Assembly: GCA_002269645.1 (NCBI GenBank)
Contig: NIVC01004016.1
Location: forward strand, 1 to 64,000
Origin: Macrostomum lignano
Lineage: Eukaryota
Reading direction: 5' to 3'
DNA: 64,000 nucleotides
Shown: one piece after another, positions 40,921-53,513 of the stretch
Layout of the letters: each line of letters opens with the position of its first letter
How positions within the stretch are numbered: the stretch's first letter is position 1
The notes under the pieces: model-generated
The model's database searches: none
Told to the model about the DNA's origin: nothing
Seen by the model: the letters and a program-made list of their open reading frames with translations, nothing else
Translations under genes and position numbers: made by a program

Positions 40921-41198
40921 CTGTTCACAGCAGCCAGGTACATTGCCAGTCCCGGCACAGTCCGCAGTAGGGTTGGCGAGGTGCCCCGCCACAGCGCCAG
41001 CGGCCCCTCCCGTCTGATCAGCTCTGCCGCAAACCTCGGCAGGCTTCGGCGAGATGCCGCCGGCTGCTGCACAGCGGCCGCCTGGACTCGAGTCTTCAGC
41101 ACGTCCAACGGTTGGAAAACAACGGAGCTGATGGCGCCGCTGGTGGCGCCGTAGGCCAGGGACCAGGCAAAGTCGCTGCCGCCTCTGCTAGGCTGCAT
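40921..41198 (-). CDS. SLC25A38: Mitochondrial glycine carrier (SLC25A38/Hem25-like), exon 1
   Basis: ATG at 41198 (the ORF track starts at an upstream TTG). Translation MQPSRGGSDF...QPLDVLKTRVQ...LWRGTSPTLLRTVPGLAMY contains the first PX[DE]XX[KR] motif. Donor AG|gtaata at 40921/40920 is phase 2. The spliced product is 305 aa, the normal carrier size. An extra upstream exon cannot be excluded. Confidence 0.88.
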
Positions 41199-41434
41199 TC
41201 TAAGCAAGGTGGAATCCCTTTAACTGCAGTAGTCAGTGTCTGTAAACATGGACCAGATGTAGGCAGTAATGAGGATGCAGGGAAACTTTTGCAATAAATA
41301 AAGCTTGGCTATTGAAACTTCGGGCATCCAGCATTCAGACGGGTGCAAGCGTTCTCTAAGGGTTGCCATTGTCTTTGAAAGATAAATTAGTGCCTGTGCG
41401 CCAATACTAGTGGATGTTAATATGGATGCGTTTC

Positions 41435-42115
41435 TGTCTATAGTAGGTGCCAGTGTGCCTATAGTAGGTGCCCACATGTCTATAGTAGGTGCCAGTGTGC
41501 CTATAGTAGGTGCCCACATGTCTATAGTAGGTGCCAGTGTGCCTATAGTAGGTGCCCACATGTCTATAGTAGGTGCCAGTGTGCCTATAGTAGGTGCCCA
41601 CATGTCTATAGTAGGTGCCCACCTGTCTATAGTAGGTGCTTAAATGTCTATAGTAGGTGCCCACCTGTCTATAGTAGGTGCTTAAATGTCTATAGTAGGT
41701 GCCCACCTGTCTATAGTAGGTGCTTAAATGTCTATAGTAGGTGCCCACCTGTCTATAGTAGGTGCTTAAATGTCTATAGTAGGTGCCTAAATGTCTATAG
41801 TAGGTGCCTAAATGTCTATAATAGGTGCCTAAATGTCTATAGTAGGTGCCTAAATGTCTATAGTAGGTGCTTAAATGTCTATAGTAGGTGCCTAAATGTC
41901 TATAGTAGGTGCCCACCTGTCTATAGTAGGTGCCTAAATGTCTATAGTAGGTGCCTAAATGTCTATAGTAGGTGCCTAAATGTCTATAGTAGGTGCCTAA
42001 ATGTCTATAGTAGGTGCCAATGTGCCTATAGTAGGTGCCAGTGTGTCTATAGTAGGTGCCCACATGTCTATAGTATGTGCCCATATGTCTATAGTAGGTG
42101 CCTAAATGTCTATAG
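41435..42115. repeat. 21-bp minisatellite (tctatagtaggtgcc-N6)n, ~32 units, partly organised as 42-bp dimers
   Basis: Alternating ccagtgtg/cccacatg units, then alternating cccacctg/cttaaatg units, then cctaaatg monomers. Confidence 0.96.
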
Positions 42116-43188
42116 ACCTCTACAAAGAGGCTACATAGACGCAAAAGGTGACTATTATGTAGTAGGCCAACAATATTTAACGTAACTCTGCAAAGAACCG
42201 GAATGTCATAGCTAAGATGCCCGTGTCAAAAAACCTACAACAATGGAAAAACCCACGAGTCCAAGAGCCACATTATTTGCAAGCAGAATATCAAAAAGCA
42301 GACCGTTTAGCCAATACACGGGAGAAAAATGCTTTGTTTTCAATCAATAGACGGACGGTCTGCGCCTGCAGCACAGCCAGCCGCTGCTAGGATTTCTTCA
42401 GTTCGCATAGCATTTCAAGAATCCATGGGAAGGAAGGGAAGCCGCATCTGCATAGCAGTTTATCACGGTAGCTGAGGGAGGGGAAGGCAGAGATGGAGCA
42501 TCGGGATAAGACCACAACACAGCGCGCGTGCCAGGAAATGAACAGTGGATCAAGCAGTAGGCTTCGAAATTCGAGACAGGCGGACAGCTGATGCTTTGAC
42601 AGCTGAGTGCAACTGGGGGACCAGGACTGGAACACAAATGTAAAGGTAATTGAAATTATATTTTGGCTGATAAAGAAAATAAAGTTTAGTCGTAAAAAAT
42701 TAAAGTTTCCGATTTCTTTCAGTGTTGTATAAGATTGGTAATTTATTTTATTGTAATAGCTAACGAAACTGTGTTACACAAATAGCAGAACACGTTTCGG
42801 AATCATTAAATAATTACAACAAATATAACCGGTGTGGTCTTATTTCATTAAAACAAAAGTTCAGCCAAGCAACAGGTAGCTGCTTATTTAACAGTGAAAA
42901 GGACAATAAAAACCCACCGCGCAAGGGACTAGATAAACTAACAATTAATTGTAAACAGTTGTGAATAAAATCAAATAAACCATTGACATTTGAGTTTGCA
43001 ATTTGAAGAGTCATTTAACATAAATTAAAATTGAATAAAATCAATTGTGTTCAATTGAAACTCAATAAAAACAATGCAACCGCTATACAGTAAAACAATT
43101 TTAAGCAGCAATAAAATACGTATTAATAATTTCTGTGGAGCAAACCAGACTTTGGTTACGGGGAATCCCAGGTACTATTTAAAAAATA

Positions 43189-43692
43189 TTCTCGGCACTT
43201 GACGTGCTGCGGAAATCTATGAGTCTATAGTTTTTTAGAAAGATTTTAGAAAGAGAAAGAAACATCCGCCTTGCTGCGGAAATCTATGGGTGTTTCCCAG
43301 TTTCTATTTTTAGAAAGATTCTGGCACACCCGCCATGCTGCGGAAATCTATGGGTGGTTCCCAGTTTCTATTTTTAGAAAGATTCTGGCACACCCGCCAT
43401 GCTGCGGAAATCTATGGGTGGTTCCCAGTTTCTATTTTTAGAAAGATTCTGGCACACCCGCCATGCTGCGGAAATCTATGGGTGGTTCCCAGTTTCTATT
43501 TTTAGAAAGATTCTGGCACACCCGCCATGCTGCGGAAATCTATGGGTGGTTCCCAGTTTCTATTTTTAGAAAGATTCTGGCACACCCGCCATGCTGCGGA
43601 AATCTATGGGTGGTTCCCAGTTGCTGTTTTTAGAAAGATTCTCGCACACTCGACGTGCTGCGGAAATGTCTTGGTGTTTCCCAATTGCTATT
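43189..43692. repeat. 64-bp tandem repeat, about five near-identical units plus degenerate edge units
   Basis: Unit tgctgcggaaatctatgggtggttcccagtttctatttttagaaagattctggcacacccgcca. The period of 64 was measured from ctggca at 43321, 43385 and 43449. Confidence 0.95.
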
Positions 43693-44313
43693 AGTAATAC
43701 AATAATTGCCAATCATGCCCCAAAACATGAAAATTCCGATTGTAAACAAGATAATCAAAAAAGATAACGAGGCAATAATTACGCTACCTGCAGACTCCAG
43801 AAGTCAAGTCTAAAACATTTTGGTAACACTTGACGCGAAACTTGAAACAGTTAAAAAATCCAGGGAAGGGCCATAAATTATAAAATATCGAGTATGAACA
43901 ACGAATAAAGCAAATTAACAGCAAGCAATTAAAAACAGCTATGAGAAGATCAGATATACTTATATAAGAGTATAAGAGCAGCGACGAACACGAAAAAGAG
44001 GACACACAAACACGCACATTGGATATTTGGTGCAAATTAACAATAATAAAAGCTTTATTATTACTCGTAATATTATTTAATTTTTTCCAAGCCTAAATTA
44101 GCATTATAATCCAGACAAAGCTGTTATTGTTTCTAACAAGAAAAGTGCAAATGCGGCAGCCAATATTAACAAAAAAATCGTTTACGCTTGTCTATTTCAC
44201 ACTTTGGACACCGGAAATTTTTCAGAATGCGCCAAGCAACGTCAAAGTAACGAAAGTTTTCGCCTCTGAAAAGTCCATTTTGGATACCCAGATTGACATT
44301 ATCTTAGATCATC

Positions 44314-44366
44314 CAGATAGACAGACTGACGTGGACATATGAACAGACAGACAAACTCTGAGACGG

Positions 44367-44410
<44 letters not shown>

Positions 44411-44419
44411 CTGAGACGG

Positions 44420-44475
<56 letters not shown>

Positions 44476-45108
44476 CTGAGACGGGATAGACAGACAGACA
44501 GACATACAGACAGACAGACAGACAAACACTGAGACGGGATAGACAGACAGACAGACAGACAGAGACAGACAGACAAACACTGAGACGGGATAGACAGACA
44601 GACAGACATACAGAGACAGACAGACAAACACTGAGACGGGATAGACAGACAGACAGACAGACAGAGACAGACAGACAAACACTGAGACGGGATAGACAGA
44701 CAGACAGACAGACAGAGACAGACAGACAAACACTGAGACGGGATAGACAGACAGACAGACAGACAGAGACAGACAGACAAACACTGAGACGGGATAGACA
44801 GACAGACAGACATACAGAGACAGACAGACAAACACTGAGACGGGATAGACAGACAGACAGACATACAGACAGACAGACAAACACTGAGACGGGATAGACA
44901 GACAGACAGACATACAGACAGACAGACAAACACTGAGACGGGATAGACAGACAGACAGACATACAGAGACAGACAGACAAACACTGAGACGGGATAGACA
45001 GACAGACAGACATACAGACAGACAGACAAACACTGAGACGGGATAGACAGACAGACATACAGACAGACAGACAGACAGACAGACATGCAGACAGACAGAC
45101 ATGCAGAC

Positions 45109-45157
<49 letters not shown>

Positions 45158-45180
45158 TGCAGACAGACAGACATGCAGAC

Positions 45181-45233
<53 letters not shown>

Positions 45234-45234
45234 G
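44314..45234. repeat. Compound (GACA)n microsatellite with a recurring spacer aaacactgagacgggata (~14 copies)
   Basis: Direct reading. It produces the (SVCL)n and (QTDR)n ORFs. Confidence 0.97.
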
Positions 45235-45322
45235 CTATGTCGTTATCTAAAGACTTTTTGGTTAATATGTGTAATTTCCAAACGCGAAAATGTAAAGAGC
45301 GCCAAGAATCAATGCCAAGCGG

Positions 45323-45861
45323 TTAGAAATCTTGTTTGGTGCGTTTAGCGGCCGGCGGCCCGTCCTGGCTGGCGTCCTGGCAGGCGGACATCAGGTCGCT
45401 ATTGGTGTTGTCCTCGCTGGGTCCGCCGGGGCCCTGGCAGCTGCCGGCGGTGAACTCGGTGCCGCCCGATTTGCTGTCGTCGTCCATCAGCAGGTTGGTC
45501 GGCGGCGAATTGTTGGAATCGCCGACGCCCAGGCTGCCGCCCAAGCCGATGTTGGAGTCGCCGTTAGCTGAGTCCAGATCGACATCCAGGCCGGTTGGCG
45601 CTGAAGAAGCCGCCGCCGCTACCGCTGAAGCGGACGACATCGGAGCAATGATGCTGCTAGTGTCCACGGCTGCCGCGCTGTCAACGGCTACAGCGGCCGC
45701 GGCGGCGTCTGCGTCCGCTGCTGCTGCAGCTACGGCGGCGGCGGCCGCCGCCTCGTCCGGCGTGGCCGAGGAGGCAGCCTCGGGGCCGGACAGGGCAAAG
45801 CGGGCCTTGTCGGACACCTGGTAGGGCTTGGGCTTGTGCCGGGTGAAATTCTGTTCGGCGG
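45323..45861 (-). CDS. Terminal coding exon of an unidentified, probably nuclear protein (poly-Ala/Ser low complexity, C-terminal NLS-like motif)
   Basis: Polypyrimidine acceptor tcttctcttatccccgaacttccag| at 45862/45861. The open frame reads AEQNFTRHKPKPYQVSDKARFALSGPEAA...PPAAKRTKQDF-stop, with GC-rich codon use like the neighbouring gene. PAAKRTK resembles the c-Myc NLS PAAKRVKLD. Upstream exons were not identified. Confidence 0.7.
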
Positions 45862-48800
45862 CTGGAAGTTCGGGGATAAGAGAAGATTTCTATGTACTGT
45901 TAGTGTCACCTCGGGGTGATCGGCGGGTGCAGATTTTAAAATTCAGGTGACCTTGAAAATCGAATCATTTAAATAATCGACTATAGTGAATGTTACTGTA
46001 ATAAACATTGCTTGCGTATTTCACTTACATGGAATCCATTTGTACACGGTTAAACTTGTGTCCTTGATGTGCACCCATTTCTTCTCCCTAAAGTTTAATA
46101 GGAATAAATAAAGTTGTCTTATTAGTATTGTTGTTAGAAATTATTTACGTTGGACTTTCTCTATTATACAGAAATAAAATTCATGATTGATTAAAAAACT
46201 TGTAAAGTTGCAAAAGTACACTATGCACTTTGTGCAAATTCACAAGACACCTTTAAAATAACGATTGGCATCATCGGCAAAAGCTTACGACTGCAGCAAC
46301 CATCTTTTTGAAACTTAAAAAACGTTTCATTTTAAAGTTTTATCTCAAAGTGTATTAAAGTCTAAGATTAACTAAAAACTGGACAAAGCGTACAAACATT
46401 TAAAAACATTTTGGCCTTCGAAAAGTCACTGTCCAGCGTTATAAAAGTGGTAAATCAACTCGGGTTATACTTCAAGAAGTCCTTGAACTCGGATCGGGAA
46501 GAAATATTTTGCACATAAAATCATTCCCTTAGCCCTACTTAGCAAAGTCAATAAAAATTAAAGTGTGCTATAAGTGGACGTCAATCTATTGCATAAACAG
46601 TTCCCCCAGCGATCCTACCGAGTGGCTGTTAGAATTTTTTTAAATTACAGCTGAATAAAAAAACTAATATATGCTATTATTGTGGCTAAGTATACGTACC
46701 CAAAAAACTTCCATTACTTAATGGTACAACACTATGAAATAAAAAATCAAGACCATCCGTCATAAATTTGGTCAGAATTCATCCAGATCTACTACGAAAA
46801 GTTGGAACAGCACGAAGTTCTAATAAACAAAGCATGCTGCAACAGCATATGGCTTACTAGTCTAGCATAGAGTGGACGGAACAAGAGGTTTACTCAGCAA
46901 TATACACTGAAAACGGTGCAATGATGCGTACCCTCTGCGATGCAGACAGATACTTCTAATGGGCAGTGCGAACGCACAAAAGTACCAATAAACTGGATAG
47001 ATCGAACCATTCTTGTAAGGAGATGAAGGATGAGCTAGGAAGGAGAGAAGTTTTGAAAATTATTCTATAATACTTCAAGAGCAGCGGCTCCAGCCAAAGA
47101 GAGGGCGGGCCGAGTTCATTCAAACTGGGAGATGGTGCTCGTTTCCAGTGCAATTAGGTTAAGCTGCTGGCTGAAGCTATCAACTGCATTAGGCAAGGAG
47201 CGAGGGATACCAAGTGGACCGATAGTGGTAAGGAAGAAGGCGAGAGCTGCTCGATTCGTAAATAATGCATCCGTCCCTTGGCAGAGAAGCAAGTGAATGC
47301 TGAACAACTTAGAGCAACGCTGAGGCAGAGGAAATGGATTGGATATGACAGGCTTATTTTGCAGTTGCATTCCTGCCATAATCTCTAAGCATATTATTCT
47401 ATAGTATTTCTGTCGCCTTGTCGATCTGCATTAGAGAGTGCAGACAGCTCAGAGTACCGGGACCAAGACAGAACAGAGAAGGCAAAGTTTAATACTTGTA
47501 CACTTCGCGTCTCCAACTCATGCCGCTCAAAAATCTACGAGGGTTTTAATACATAATTATCGCCTGATTCGAGGCAAAAATCGAACAGTACTCAGCGTAC
47601 TCGTACAAGATAAAAAAATCAATTTTTCCCAATACAAAGCTGGGCTTCCTGGAGGGCGGATAGACTCAATATTTTTTGACAATCTCAAAGCCCCAGTGCT
47701 TCATTGAAAAATTCAAATACTGCAATTTCTTGGTTCGCCTTACGGCTATTTAGGGTAGTCGAATTTTTAACTTTTTAAGCAAAAAATATAGTGGGATGCC
47801 GATGCCGGAATTTATCCGCTACTTATTTCCGTAGGGAAATTTCACAAAGTCCTCCTTGCACTTTTGCCTGTCGCTGTTCATTGAATACTCGTTAGTTGTT
47901 GATTTTTCTTTATTATTCCTCATTCCATCGAGCCTGCCCATTTTGGTTGGCAATCGAATGTTCGAACAGTTTTCTTTCCAAGCAGTTTTGCCGAGGATGC
48001 AATTTGGGGCGAGATTTTTCGCGATCGAAATCAATGGGCGGGCTATAGGAAGGAGCCCCGAGGTCACTAGATTGCATTGGCCTGCCTGCAAGAACAGTCA
48101 GTAGTAGCAGAAGTCGCACCAGTCTGTCATCGACTGGCAACATTTCGGACTGCCCGCCCAAGTACAAAACGCCGCAAGAAGCTGGCAAAGCCGGCCCCTA
48201 AGGCAACTGAGGGCAATCTGTCTTGGCTTCTCGTATGCCGCGGCTTATACGCAGCAATAGCTCGAACACAGTCCCAATCATTATGTTGGCTTCATCCCTG
48301 GTAGAAAATGTTTATTAATTCTGCCGCGTCGCCTGACGGACGAAAAATCGAGGCAAAAAAGAAAAAAATGAAAAAATTCGTAGTAGAGACATGCGCCGAC
48401 AGATGCAGATTTGATCGAGCCCGAACTATGAACAGGACAGCAATTCAAATAACCCTTTTCTCAAGGTCTCGTCCATTCTCGCCGCAATTATTGATTAAAG
48501 GCCACACTTGCTCAATGCAGAGTGAGGAAAGTGTATAGCTGAATTATTTTCGGACCCTTCCATTTCTCTGACTGAGTCACTTGACTGAGACAACTCCTAC
48601 TGCCAATGCCCTCTAGATGCAATTAGAAATCTGTCTGACACTTTTTAGTCAAAGTTTTAGGAGGGTGCACTATAGAAGGTGAATGGGATTAGCAGCCAAT
48701 GGTAAAGTGACTATCTCTAGCCTTTATAAGGCACTCGAAAGTCTCTAGGACAGGCTGGAGGCATATGCGAATGAATATTGAATATTTAAGTGCCATGCAC

Positions 48801-50991
48801 GTTTAAAAAATTCCAGGGCAGGCAAAAGTGCATACGTAACTTAAATAAATGACGCGTTCTAGAGTTACAAAATCATGCGCAGCAAATGACGGTTCAACGA
48901 AATTTAAGGCGAAACCACAACTGGAAAGCCAAAGCCCAAATGGGAATTTGACCATTCTCTTGTCTCGTATGATTAATACCCAGCAACAATAATAATTTGC
49001 AAACCAAATACAGTCGAGACTTCTAATCCCTACCGTCCAAAACAGGCAAAGCCCTTGCTTCCAATAGAAAGCTTATCAGCTTAATTTCCTCTACGTTTTT
49101 GGCTTAGGGTCCCTTCAAAACAGCTTGCGGTTAGGAAGCTAATGCAAGACGTGCTGCTCAGGCCTATTTCTCTTCTCTTCAATAATTCCCTTGGCATTCC
49201 CTATTATTTTTTCTTTCCATACGGCCTTCTCTGGAGAGCTAAGTCACCGGAACTTTGCAGTGGAATTACTGAAAATCCAGCACAAACAGCCTCTGCTTCG
49301 CCGGCGATTTTTACCCTCTTCCTACCCTATAGTATCTCTGACTACCAACTCCTTCCCTCTGCGAAGTTGGTCCATCGACCAGCTGCATGACTCAGCGATA
49401 GCGTGCTTCTATCCATACAAGGAGAAATGCAATAAGAAGCCTACTTAGCTGCAGTGCACGATCAACTAGCTAAATCATCCGACCAGTTTTCCTTATCGCT
49501 TTTGCATCGATGCCCTGTCCGGCCGCTGTCGCCTGTCTCTCTTTTCATTTGATTGCCATAACCATCCTTACAGACAGCACTGCCTTGCCCATACTTCAAC
49601 ATCAGGTTTAGCAATACAAACTTTTTACTTCTCGAAGTAAAAAATACAGATGACAGACAGGCAACAAATATAAAGTTGTGTCCACTATAATATAATACTG
49701 CATTTGAATAGAACCAAATTTGTATTCGGCCAAAGAACCGCGCTGGAATGCGAAATATTCGATTCAGGCCTATAGTCCTGCCAGTCAAAGATGATGCCGA
49801 GTGCTAAGCAGCATAATCCTAAACTCCGGCCATAAAAGAAAGCCATCATCTGTTTTTATGGCAGAAAAATAATGGCACGCTTCTTTTTAGTCTTTCTGAA
49901 TCGCCGCACATAAAATATGATTGCTTTCTTTGAGCCACTGGCAGCCTCAACGGTAATAAATAAAGCCAAAAAGGCGAAAGATAAGCATGCTCCCAATACC
50001 TTTTCTGTTTGCACGTAGTTCAAACAGTATTTTACTTAGTAATACACAATAAAAGCCAGCGAATTTTTATTGCGTAGCTTCAACTTCCAAGTCAAGCATA
50101 AGAAGGGACCAAACGTCGGATGCATTCAACTGGTTAATAATCGGATGGAAGAAACTCTTTCTACATAATAGAAACCGTGTTCTCATCTGGTCATCTATGC
50201 TTTTCATCGATCGATAGTCAATACTTAATTTTTATAATTCCTAAGAGGCAACTTTTTTATGCAGCAAGCGATAACACGAGCTGAACTCGTTGACACTGTA
50301 TCGTAACTTTTTAGAAAGACGGAAATAGGGCATCTCCAGCAATACAAACTTTAGAATATCTTTAATTTTTTTAAACGCACACAAGCACTCGCGACACCCG
50401 CGAATTCGCGATTCTTAGTCAGCAGTAGCTGCTACAGAAGTTGTGTAGATTGTAAAGCTAAGAAACAGAAGAGTAGAATCGCAGAAGGATTGGTCCACGG
50501 AGGAAAGGGTAGACTTTAAGAAAAGCGTGTTAAGGCAACGGACAGAGCGGGAAGCGGAGAGAAAACATGAAGGCATGGATATGGAGGGGTGGTCGGGTAC
50601 CCGGGTGGATAGGTTCGCGGCACAAGCAACGCAGTGGTCAGAAGGGCATGGCGCCGAAGAGAAGGGGAAGTGGAGAATGTGGGGCAGGAAGGAGACAGAC
50701 AAGGCGGAAAGTCGACGACAGACTACACGTCTACCTCCCTCCCCATCGCTCCTTCCCAGCCGGCTACCTACCCGGAAGGTATTAAAAAGAGCGCAATGTG
50801 TCACGAAGTCAGCCATCTAAGCTGCCTGTCTTTCTTTTGCTTTAGCCAACTGTCTTTTCCGCCCACCAGTCTGGGGGTGTGAGAAGAAACACCGCAAAAA
50901 ACGGCATATGAATTAGCTGCTGCCCAAGCTGAAAGCCGAATTAACGCGCCGTAACTCGAGCAGGGAAGCCGGACTTCTAACCATTGCTATC

Positions 50992-51894
50992 ATGACTAAA
51001 GAAAGAAAACTCTGCAACGGCGACGCTCCGCAGGAAAAGTCCGTGTACGATCAGCAGCGAATAGCCCGGCCGGCAATTTACATGTACTGCGGCCGGGCCA
51101 GCTTCGGCATCGGCGTTCTCTGCATGCTGGCCGAGGTGTCCGTATTTATTATAAAGCGCGGCCTCACCTCCATGGGCATCGGTATCTGGACTGGGGCGCC
51201 GTTTGTTCTACTCGGCGCTGTAACCATGGCAGTACCCAAGACGCGCACCGTATGCTCCATTAATACCTGCCTAGTTTTTTGTGTCGCTTCATTGGCGATT
51301 GCATTTATTGGCGTGCTGCTCTGCATCGCGCACATACTGGAGTTGAGTCTCATTCTACAGCAGCAGTACACGCCGAGTCCAAATTTTGAGCTACACTGCC
51401 GAGGCTGTGGGCATTACATTGTGATAAAAGAGACTGGCCAGATTGGCCTGCTGCTGCTGCAATCGCTCGTGTCGGCCATACTACTCTGCTTCGCGTACAA
51501 GGACTGCCTGTGCTGCCATCCGACCGAAACACATCTGGTGACCGCCTCCACCCCTGTGCACGCGGGAGTCTCCCTAGTGACCGAGAATCAGAATGCCGCT
51601 TGTCCCTCGCCCACCTGTTCAGTAAGACAGATTCGAGCCTACCAACAGCAGCTGCAGCAGCACCAGCAATACTCTCCGCATCAGCCGCAGATGCGTCAGC
51701 AGCAACAGCTACATCATCCCCACCAGCAGCTGCAACAGTTACATCTGGTCCAACAACAGCAACCGCAGCAATATGGATATGGCAATCACAGTAATATCGC
51801 AACGGATTCTGCCCAATCACCAATGCCTTGCTCGTCATCAGCGCCTACTATACACAAGAACTATGCAACAACGCACATGTACTTCGAGTTGTAA
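50992..51894 (+). CDS. Intronless MS4A/CD20-like four-transmembrane protein with a Gln/His-rich cytoplasmic tail (300 aa)
   Basis: ATG with A at -3. There are four hydrophobic segments, GIGIWTGAPFVLLG matching the CD20-family GxxxWxG TM2 signature, a CxxC in the second loop and a CLCC cluster after TM4. Confidence 0.75.
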   Translation: MTKERKLCNGDAPQEKSVYDQQRIARPAIYMYCGRASFGIGVLCMLAEVSVFIIKRGLTSMGIGIWTGAPFVLLGAVTMAVPKTRTVCSINTCLVFCVASLAIAFIGVLLCIAHILELSLILQQQYTPSPNFELHCRGCGHYIVIKETGQIGLLLLQSLVSAILLCFAYKDCLCCHPTETHLVTASTPVHAGVSLVTENQNAACPSPTCSVRQIRAYQQQLQQHQQYSPHQPQMRQQQQLHHPHQQLQQLHLVQQQQPQQYGYGNHSNIATDSAQSPMPCSSSAPTIHKNYATTHMYFEL

Positions 51895-53333
51895 CTGCTG
51901 TCCTCTCATTATTTGCTTCTATGCTGTGTCCCATTGGACCCATTTTTTACACTAAAAAACGCACTATACTACTGTCTATATCAAAAGCATTGGATGGCCA
52001 CAGACATCGAAATTTAGTAAGCAGAAAATCACTAAGCAAATTAAAGAATACCAAGGTCTATGATAAATCTATATAAACATGGGCAGTGAAAACATTTGTT
52101 CTTGTAACTGTCTATTGCCATCAAATGATTATTGAAATGCAAAATATTATCTTTGAAACATTTAAGTTATTACCATAAACTATGCTTGTATCTCATACCT
52201 TTTGCAAAAATGTATTTATTCAGTATCTTCAAAAAAAGAAGATAAAATAAATATAAAAATAAAAATGATATTATTATAAAGACTTGCTAACATCAAGTGA
52301 AAAAAGCATATAAAAAATTCAATTTTTAAAAATTGTATTACAATGCCTAAAACAGTAACCCTTTTGACAAAAGTAAATAAAAAGTATTATTATATATGGT
52401 TGCAAGAATGCATCAAGAAATTTTTCATTTAAACTGTGCTAAAATGCAAAATACTTGCAATATTAAAAATGAAAATCTATAAATGCAAGAACTTAATTAC
52501 AACTTGATTACAACAGAATACAATTATAGATTGTTCTTTTTACAATTAAATAGTTTTTTAATTAATTGACCTTGACATTTATATTTATTCAATTTGCTGT
52601 ACTTTTTAAAAAGCATCCATTCATGCTATATAGCTGCTAACTACCCCCTAACTTAACTAAACAAAACCTTAAAATTAATAAAATCTTACCTCAAATATGC
52701 AACTGAGTACCCTTTTTTAAAGTAAACAAATTACTATTACTCTCTCAGAATTACTATTGACTAGGTCTTCTAAAAATATAAATAGAAACAAACTGGTTGA
52801 TAATCCAACAAATTTTCAACTTTAAATTTTAATTAAAAAAACTTTTAGTTTGAGACTTAGAAACTGTTTTAAGAACTATGAATTTTTCAGAGTGAAATAA
52901 AAGGAAATACCATATATACTACTAATATGTAGAATACTAAGAAAGAGACTAAAGTAAAACAAAATAGACCTTAGAAATAAGAGTACATATAAAGAATTAA
53001 AAACTCTGTGACCCACTAATCTTGGTAATGCTTAAGGACTGGATATGTTTCAATACCTAGAAACAAAGAAATATTTATACAAATAATTCCAAGAAATATA
53101 TTCTAGATCAGGGCAAAAATAAACTGCTTAATACATAATAAGTGAGAATGTTACTGATTTAGAAGTAAGAATGAAATTAGTAAGAATTAAACAAATATTC
53201 AGATTAAAATAAAATAAAAAATATAAAGAAACAATAAAATATTTTGCAAACACAAGAAACTAATAGTGAGCTCTGAATTGTAATATGATATATAAACTAG
53301 CACAATTCAATGTGCCTTTTGACAAGCTAACAG

Positions 53334-53513
53334 CAGTGACATAGCCAGGATTTCTTTCTGGGGGAGGTCACAGTCAGTCACAGGCTCACAGCAACAACTG
53401 AGGGCAGGGGGTGCTAGGCCTCAGCAATGGGGGATGGGGCCTGAAAATTTGGCCTGGATCAGCTGGCTGGGGGGGAGGGGTCATGGGGGTCTATGCCCCT
53501 GGCTAGCAGCAGC
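53334..53513. mobile_element. Decayed short MITE of the cagtggcgtagccagg...cctggctacgccactg type
   Basis: Left end cagtgacatagccagga; right end cccctggctagcagc; G-rich interior set in very AT-rich flanks. Confidence 0.5.

Noticed and set aside
41220-42144. ORFs (GTYYRH)n, (WAPTIG)n and (SIVGA)n
   Set aside because: They are translations of the 21-bp repeat.
42387-42626. Possible minus-strand terminal exon after the acceptor tttgtgttccag
   Set aside because: Two frames are open, neither is recognisable, and no upstream partner could be fixed.
44299-45348. ORFs (SVCL)n and (QTDR)n
   Set aside because: They are translations of the GACA microsatellite.
45332-45824. Plus-strand ORFs opposite the Ala-rich exon (similarly 51078-52076 around the MS4A-like gene and 59781-62706 antisense to gag-pol)
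   Set aside because: They are shadow ORFs of real coding sequence.
47913-48143. Short minus-strand ORF with a signal-peptide-like LVRLLLLLTVLAG
   Set aside because: It is only ~75 aa with no cleavage or amidation pattern and no homology recognised, so it is consistent with chance.
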